Shown: piece after piece, positions 57,843 to 64,000 of the stretch
Layout of the letters: every line of letters starts with the position of its first letter
Numbering within the stretch: the first letter of the stretch is position 1
Source: Salisapilia sapeloensis CBS 127946
Lineage: Eukaryota; Protista; Oomycota
DNA length: 64,000 nt
Direction: 5' to 3'
Assembly: GCA_023334545.1 (NCBI GenBank)
Contig: JAADVB010000058.1
Coordinates: forward strand, 20,704 to 84,703
The notes under the pieces: model-generated
Told to the model about the DNA's origin: nothing
The model's database searches: none
What the model saw: the letters and a program-made list of their open reading frames with translations, nothing else
Translations under genes and position numbers: made by a program

Positions 57843-60800
57843 CTACTTTGTCATAGCGATCGTCTCAGCAGAGGTCGATCTGATAAGATCCACAGGAGAG
57901 ATGGAGTATACAGTATTGATAGCTCCCCCACCACACAGCAAATTCTTTCCGGTCGCAACATGAACATCTAGCAGCACTTGCACTTGGCGCTGTTTCCTTA
58001 AGCCAATGGGTCCAACTGTACCGGATTCATATCCAAACACATCCAGCAAAGTCTATCCGAACATGAGTACACATCATTTCCAGTATCAATCGAAGATGCT
58101 GTGAACGTACCTGTCGATTAACTAAAGTCACCTTCGCTTGGTCACCTATCATATAGGCACCAATAGCATTTGTATCTAGTACGTGGTCCAACCTGAGGAC
58201 AGCAATGCAATACTTGACGACGCCCTTCAGTCGGACCTGAAGAGCTAGAGACTTAACCACAATACCATCCTCCCTCTCCACTTCTTGTCCATTCGATAGA
58301 GATTGAAAACGACATCGATCCTGGAGGCCAAGACCCTTTAATCCTCGAGCTACATCGTCTCGCCCTAAAGCTTTCAGCTTCGTTTGAATCTGCACGCAAC
58401 AGACTTCTAGGAACGAATGCAGTCCCATAAACTTAGACGAATGCCGCCATGCTGTCTCAAGGTCTGCAAGCAAAACGAGTGCAATTTTATCAACAACAAA
58501 CGCATCCGACGCAGCGTACGCCATTTGATCGTCCGTTAGAGGCCGAGCTCCCCAATCAGACGTCTGTTCCTCTTTGCTCATATTCGATCCTAAGACCGTA
58601 TTGGACAAGTTAGATAGTCCCACCTTCTTTGCCGCCATCCCTCGCGCAATCGCTACCTTTCGTAACTCTACGATCTGCAGTTTGGAGGTCACGTCGGAGA
58701 AACTACGACAAAGCCTTTTGATATCTTCGTCGACGCTAAAGCCAATTAAATGAGCTGATGGGGTGTCAAGTATCATATCAAGAGGTCTTTGCGCTATAAG
58801 ACCTAGTTCCTGGACATCTACAACGTACACTACATCTCCGACACAGAGCTGGTAGACACTCACTCCATCTTCAATCTCTCCTGGTTGTTTATAGAATTGC
58901 GGACGCCACTCACAATCGATTGCGAATAGGGTGGTACGACACTGATGGATGATAGAGCTTTCATTTGGTAGCGTCGTCACCTGGAGCAATTTGTCATGCA
59001 GAACAGTTTGGAGTTGCTCTATGTCTGCTGCTGTGGAGACGTATACGTAACGTAGAGGAGGAAAGGTGCCGATCATTTCTTGGTTCTGCACTACATCCAC
59101 TTTCTTCATCATAGGTGGCCCTTGTGGTTGCCGATGCAATCGAAGCTGGTCGTCAGGACGGCTACTAGGCATCTTTTTATCCGAAAAAGCTGGAGGACAG
59201 TTTCGAATGATCCGATGGACAGCCTTATGCATGCCTTTTGCTTCCAAGAGCTTTACCAGCATCGTGAAAGCAGATCGACCAATGCCGTCTGCGCGGTTGG
59301 AGCATACAATAGCAAAACTCTCAGCGTTTTCCCAATCCTCTTGCTCTATCAAACTAGCCATAACATCCTCCATTGGTACATTCAGATTCAGCACTCGGAG
59401 GAGATCGATAGCTATGGCGTTCACCTTTCGTTCCTTTCGGTTCAAAAGTTTTTCCACGAGACTAGATACCTTTGACAGCTCTTCTTTATGGTATTCAGTT
59501 GAGACGATTTCCATGGCACGTGTAGTCAGCTTTAGATACGGCCACCAATCTTCTTTATCTCCTGTATCTAGCAACAGAAGTAGAAGATCTGAACGACTAT
59601 CTCGTTTTGTTCCGTTGGTAGCAATGTACTGATAAGCTTCTAGAAGTAAATGACCAACACGCAAGTTACTACGGACATCGCTTTCTGTTTCTGATCGCAA
59701 ATATCGAAGACATGCAGCGACATATGAAATAATAGGAAATGTATCGGCATCCTCTTCGCTGTCAACAACCGCCAGTAAATCGATAAGACCCTGTTTGACG
59801 TCACTGTGTTTCACGCGGTTGCTCTTAGGAGCGTTCAAGACATGCTCTAGTTCCGATATGAGTCGATCTGGATGATACTTGAACTCCTGATTGTTCCACT
59901 GTAACCCATTTCCTGTCTCCTGTTTCATGTCTCCATCTCCCTTTACAATTATATTTTCAAGCATTTGCTGCTGACCGTCGTGTGAGTCTGTATATGAATT
60001 ATACTGCATCGAACGACTGGACAAGTAGGAGGATGTCCAGCTTTGTGGATCTAGTACGAAACCACGTGACTTTTCACGCCACTTGCCGTCACATGCTACC
60101 TCGAGTTGCGCGACGAGAAGAGGCATGATCACATCGGTATCATCTCCAACTTCTACTTGAAAATGATTTTGCAATATCAAGCAAAATTCATCGAGAGGAG
60201 ATGCGTACGTGATGGCTTCGGTGTTGTCGTCATCCAAAACGACGGCATGTCCGGTAGCACTAGCGACAGCAGGAGAGAGCCAATGAAGTTTTGGAAGTAC
60301 AACAAACTTTGAAGTGAGTTGGAACGGTTGGAAATGTTGCTGGAAGTCTGTCAGATCGGAAGTCCACCAGCCACAGAGATGGTTGGGAGCAATCGAAGGG
60401 TGTAACTGTTGACCAGTGAGTGCATCAAGAGGATAGAAGAGGTATCCACGTAGAACAATGTTAGATTGAAGGTCTACGCTGTAGTTTTGAGCAAGCCACT
60501 GGTGGACGTTTGGACTTTGTGCTACACCCAATTTGCGTTTTACTTCTTGTACTCTCCAAGCTAGATTTTCACCTAAATGAGGACCGATGAACTGCTCCAA
60601 AAGGTACTTGTCAGTTGACATGACTGGAGTATGAAGAGTACTAGAATCAGGCTGCAGTAAGAAGAATTTAACGGACGATTCGAGATGGACGTATTCGATC
60701 TCTTGATCTTCGCTACAAGTGCCCTGGAAGACCAACTTTAACTGACCGACGGTCCGATTTGAAGCGGTCACGATCTTCTTTCCTACATCTATCTTTTTAA

Positions 60801-61190
60801 TAGAAATAGCAGGGCAGTGACGAAGCCAAAATTCGAGCAAGGATGAAAAGTAGACGCCGAGTGCTTGTCGACTTTTGTTCTCTGCTTTATCTATTGTACA
60901 AAATACAAGTAGAGTCAGCAACTTGGGATGTATGCCTAGTGACAATGACAGTACAGCTGACCTTGCAAGAAGGAATATATAGGCGTAGGATCAAGATCTA
61001 GCTGGTCTATCCAAGTAATGACACGATGATCTCGTAGCAATTGAGCTCCATATCGGTCTGGTAACACGGGAAAATGATCCGGATGAAGTAGTTGGGGGCT
61101 AGACGCTGTCCAAATTAAGTCTCGAACGACTTTGCATTTATATCGATGCAGAAATAGCTGCGTTCCTTGGTCTCTACTATCGCTCATCAT
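57843..61190 (-). CDS. DUF1853 + DEDDy 3'-5' exonuclease + YbaK/ProX-like domain fusion; 3 exons (61190-60962, 60890 to about 58111, about 58053-57843)
   Basis: VRDLIWTASSPQLL, LGVYFSSLLEFWL, HLESSVKFF, RGYLFYP (DUF1853); IDCEWRP, GFSVDEDI, YAASDA (Exo I-III); VKSL, AVLRLD, FGYESGTVGPIG, LLCGGG (YbaK). Confidence 0.82.
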
Positions 61191-61765
61191 GAAACTCCGA
61201 TATTTGTCCGAGTTTGTCCAATGCTTGTCATCTGTTCGTAAAACTTGATTAAAGTATGCCCCGAACACTGCCAATCAACTTTTAAAATACAAGTTTATAA
61301 ATATTAAGCTTCGAAAAATGTAAGAAGAATGTATCTTTATCCCAGGAGCTTTTCGTAAGGTTAGATAGGATAATACATGGAATCATGTACTCCCCATCGC
61401 TATATACCGTTCCTTTGTGCTTATACACTTAAAATCCCCAAATAACCTATTGATCGAAAACTTTAAAACCTACAGGAAAAAGAGTCTACGATAGCTTTGC
61501 TCGAGTCGATCGAAATGTAATCGGGCATAACGGGTCGACTATAGCTTCCTGATAAAATCTGGCTATGAATGTGTCTTATCCGGCCATCATCCTCGATACA
61601 TAGCCCATCTCGTTGAGTCAACGGTAGCATGATGGAAGAAGTATAGTACAAATAGATATGCATAACAATCTTATCCATTTAGTGACATCAGAAGCGTAGG
61701 ACGCTGGGTTGCCAGGTTGCACAATGCCATTTATCGCATACTGCATTGAGAGAGCAGGTTTGTAG

Positions 61766-63101
61766 GTGACTGTCGACAGCATGAGCTCCTCTCCTCGTCA
61801 AGGACGCTTAAACACGATCAACTACAGCTTATACATTGAAACGAATAGTCCGCCTACTTCCGCAAGGCAAAGCAATGCGTATAGCTTATACGGGTCTACT
61901 GCATCTCGCGCAAGTGTGTCACCGTTAAAAGAAGGAAAAGTAAACGTGATTCTAGAGGAAGCTATTCGACTCGTGGAGGCAGCATCGAGCGAATTGGAAG
62001 CAATTACCAGGAGCGCTAAAGGTGTGGAAGAGATAGTCCGAAACCTTGCTCTACTAGTGGACAAGCAGATCGTCGTTGTGGGGGATCTCAACCCAGGTGA
62101 AGGAGGGAGGGTAAAGTCAAGCATCTTAAGCTTATGCGAAAATTTGCGGACAAGTCATGGCCTCCTTGCTACTGCCTGCAATAGGATGAAAGGACAGATA
62201 TTGTCCGGTCAAGCTCAGCTGGATGTGCATCAGAAAAATCTACAACAGACAAAAACGCCACGACCAAGTCCCAGGAACGAATGCCTTAAGGAATCTTGTC
62301 GAAGTTTGTCCGAATCTGTCCCTTCGACACCTCGGCCTCCAATTCGATCAAACTCTCAATTCATAAAGGAGTCACACGAGGAGTCCTTACCTCGGGTTAC
62401 GAGCACGCACTCATCGGAAGTCTCATCTCTACAGAAACAAGTTACACTTGCTTTCGTTCTTGCAGACCCATCGTCTCAACGACCACAAGCAATGAGTCAA
62501 GAAGCGTTTGCAGCTATATTGACTTCCTCTGGTCTGCGTGGGAAAGATAGCTACAACAGCAAAGATCTACGACTATTCTTTGGGGAACTGCTGTCGCGTA
62601 GCATTGCCAAAAATAAAACGCTTTCATATTTCGGGAAAGCATATCATCGCCGTCTCATCCCAGCATACGCACGCGAGGTTACCATTCAGCTACTCAGATC
62701 TTTCCAGTCGATCTCCGAGGTAAGGAATTTTTGGACAATTATAAACGTCTTTTCGATTGACAACACACTTGCAATAGGATTCTGTGTCAGCAGTGCATCG
62801 AAGTGCGTTGTTTGAGTTTATGTGCGTCGATCCTCGGGAATTTGAAAGTCTGCTCGATCGCGTGTACATAGTATCTGGCAAAAACGAGGCGATGTGTGAT
62901 CATGATCTCTACCGCTCAGACTCATTCCTTCCTTCTCGACCAACCACTGCCAACACCATGCAAAGTAGTGCTTCCAGAAGCGCCGAAACTTTCCCTACGA
63001 AAAGTCACGCGTTGGAGCAATCTGCTAGTACGGAAGGAACGATTGAAATGGCCAGACTACTACACAACATTTCATCGTCTGAATGGGATAGTCAGCACTA
63101 G
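61766..63101 (+). CDS. Hypothetical protein, at least 2 exons (intron 62721-62777); 5' end uncertain
   Basis: 349-aa ORF joined in phase 0 by GTAAGG...AATAG to ORF 62784-63101; no recognised domain. Confidence 0.6.
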
Positions 63102-64000
63102 GCCAGAGCACGCTTGATACATAAGTAGGTCACTGAAAATTGTTTGTATGTACGGTTATCAATATGTTCTACCAAGTCTCATGAAGATGTTTAGACTTGC
63201 TCGTGCCTTAGGCTCTTCCTACAGAACCCAATTTAGTAGCGTCTATGCATGGTAGAGAGTCGAAATATACCAATGATCTTACGCCAACTTGCTCGCGTTG
63301 CCACGGTGATTTCGCACCTCCGAATCATGTTTTTGCTTCTAGCAGCCAGTGTACTACGACCCTTGATCTTAGCTTCACTGAATGATCAGTTGTGTACCTC
63401 CCACTGTACTGCACCAATTTACATTTGAAAATCACCGACATTGGCAGCTAATCATGATGGCAAGGCAGCCAGTCTGAGTAACAAATGATACCGCTCGCCA
63501 TTTGGTACCTGTAAGCAGTCGCTCTTTTCTGGTCATCGATAGGAATTCTTGTGCTGTGCTACCGCCATTTCGATGCCAGGTGAAAGCTGAACTTGTTTTG
63601 ACTTTACACCAGTCCATTAGGGTTCAGCTACTATCTTCAAATCCGCATTCTACATGATGGATAAGGAAGTCACGAGATGGGTACTCCCCTATTGCTAACG
63701 TGACCCGTAGGTAAAGACGATGTCGTCGGGGAAGGGATGATCTTCTGATCAAACAGAAGGCTTGTACCTACTTCTGCATGAACTTGAAGGGACAGATCTG
63801 CGACGTACTGGACTAGAAGATTTCCTGATTTCTTCTGATATCGACTGCACGCGGGCTTTGTCTCCAACCAAAATGATATCCTCTATGCAACGAGAAGAGA
63901 AGAGAATGAGATTGAATGTATAACGTGGGTTTTTTATAATTACTTCGTTAGCACACATACTCCACGAGGACTCCCCACGACCTCGAGCCTTCAACACTCC

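Noticed and set aside
63430-64000. 3' exons of a minus-strand gene entering from the window edge
   Set aside because: One plausible intron is visible, but no consistent stop-free model or family could be built.
1-64000. CRISPR arrays, rRNA, telomeric repeats, intact LTR or DNA transposons
   Set aside because: None seen on reading both strands.

Overview
Gene-dense eukaryotic nuclear DNA, most consistent with an oomycete (stramenopile). Evidence: short GT-AG introns of about 50-95 nt, several secreted Kazal-type protease inhibitors, a START+FYVE protein, a folate-biopterin transporter and the flagellar gene CFAP45. About 29 protein genes can be supported, several split into exons the ORF track misses (SPRTN, COQ4, RPS25, PPEF, UPRT-like). 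There are also two identical tRNA-Pro(CGG) genes in a 116-bp inverted duplication. The standout is a 344-aa intein (40553-41584, minus strand) in the V-ATPase catalytic subunit A gene. It sits at the same site as the yeast VMA1 intein (VYVG|C...HN|CGERGNE) and is clearly homologous to PI-SceI/VDE. Its splicing residues are intact, but its LAGLIDADG homing endonuclease is eroded. To my knowledge this intein family is characteristic of saccharomycete yeasts, so it is a candidate cross-kingdom transfer. Other notable items: a DUF1853 + DEDDy exonuclease + YbaK-like triple fusion, an Arb2/FAM172A-hydrolase + AGC kinase fusion, a decaying Kazal paralogue, and probable pseudo-enzymes (ArfGAP without its arginine finger, UPRT-like). 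All family calls come from motif recognition by eye; no database searches were run.
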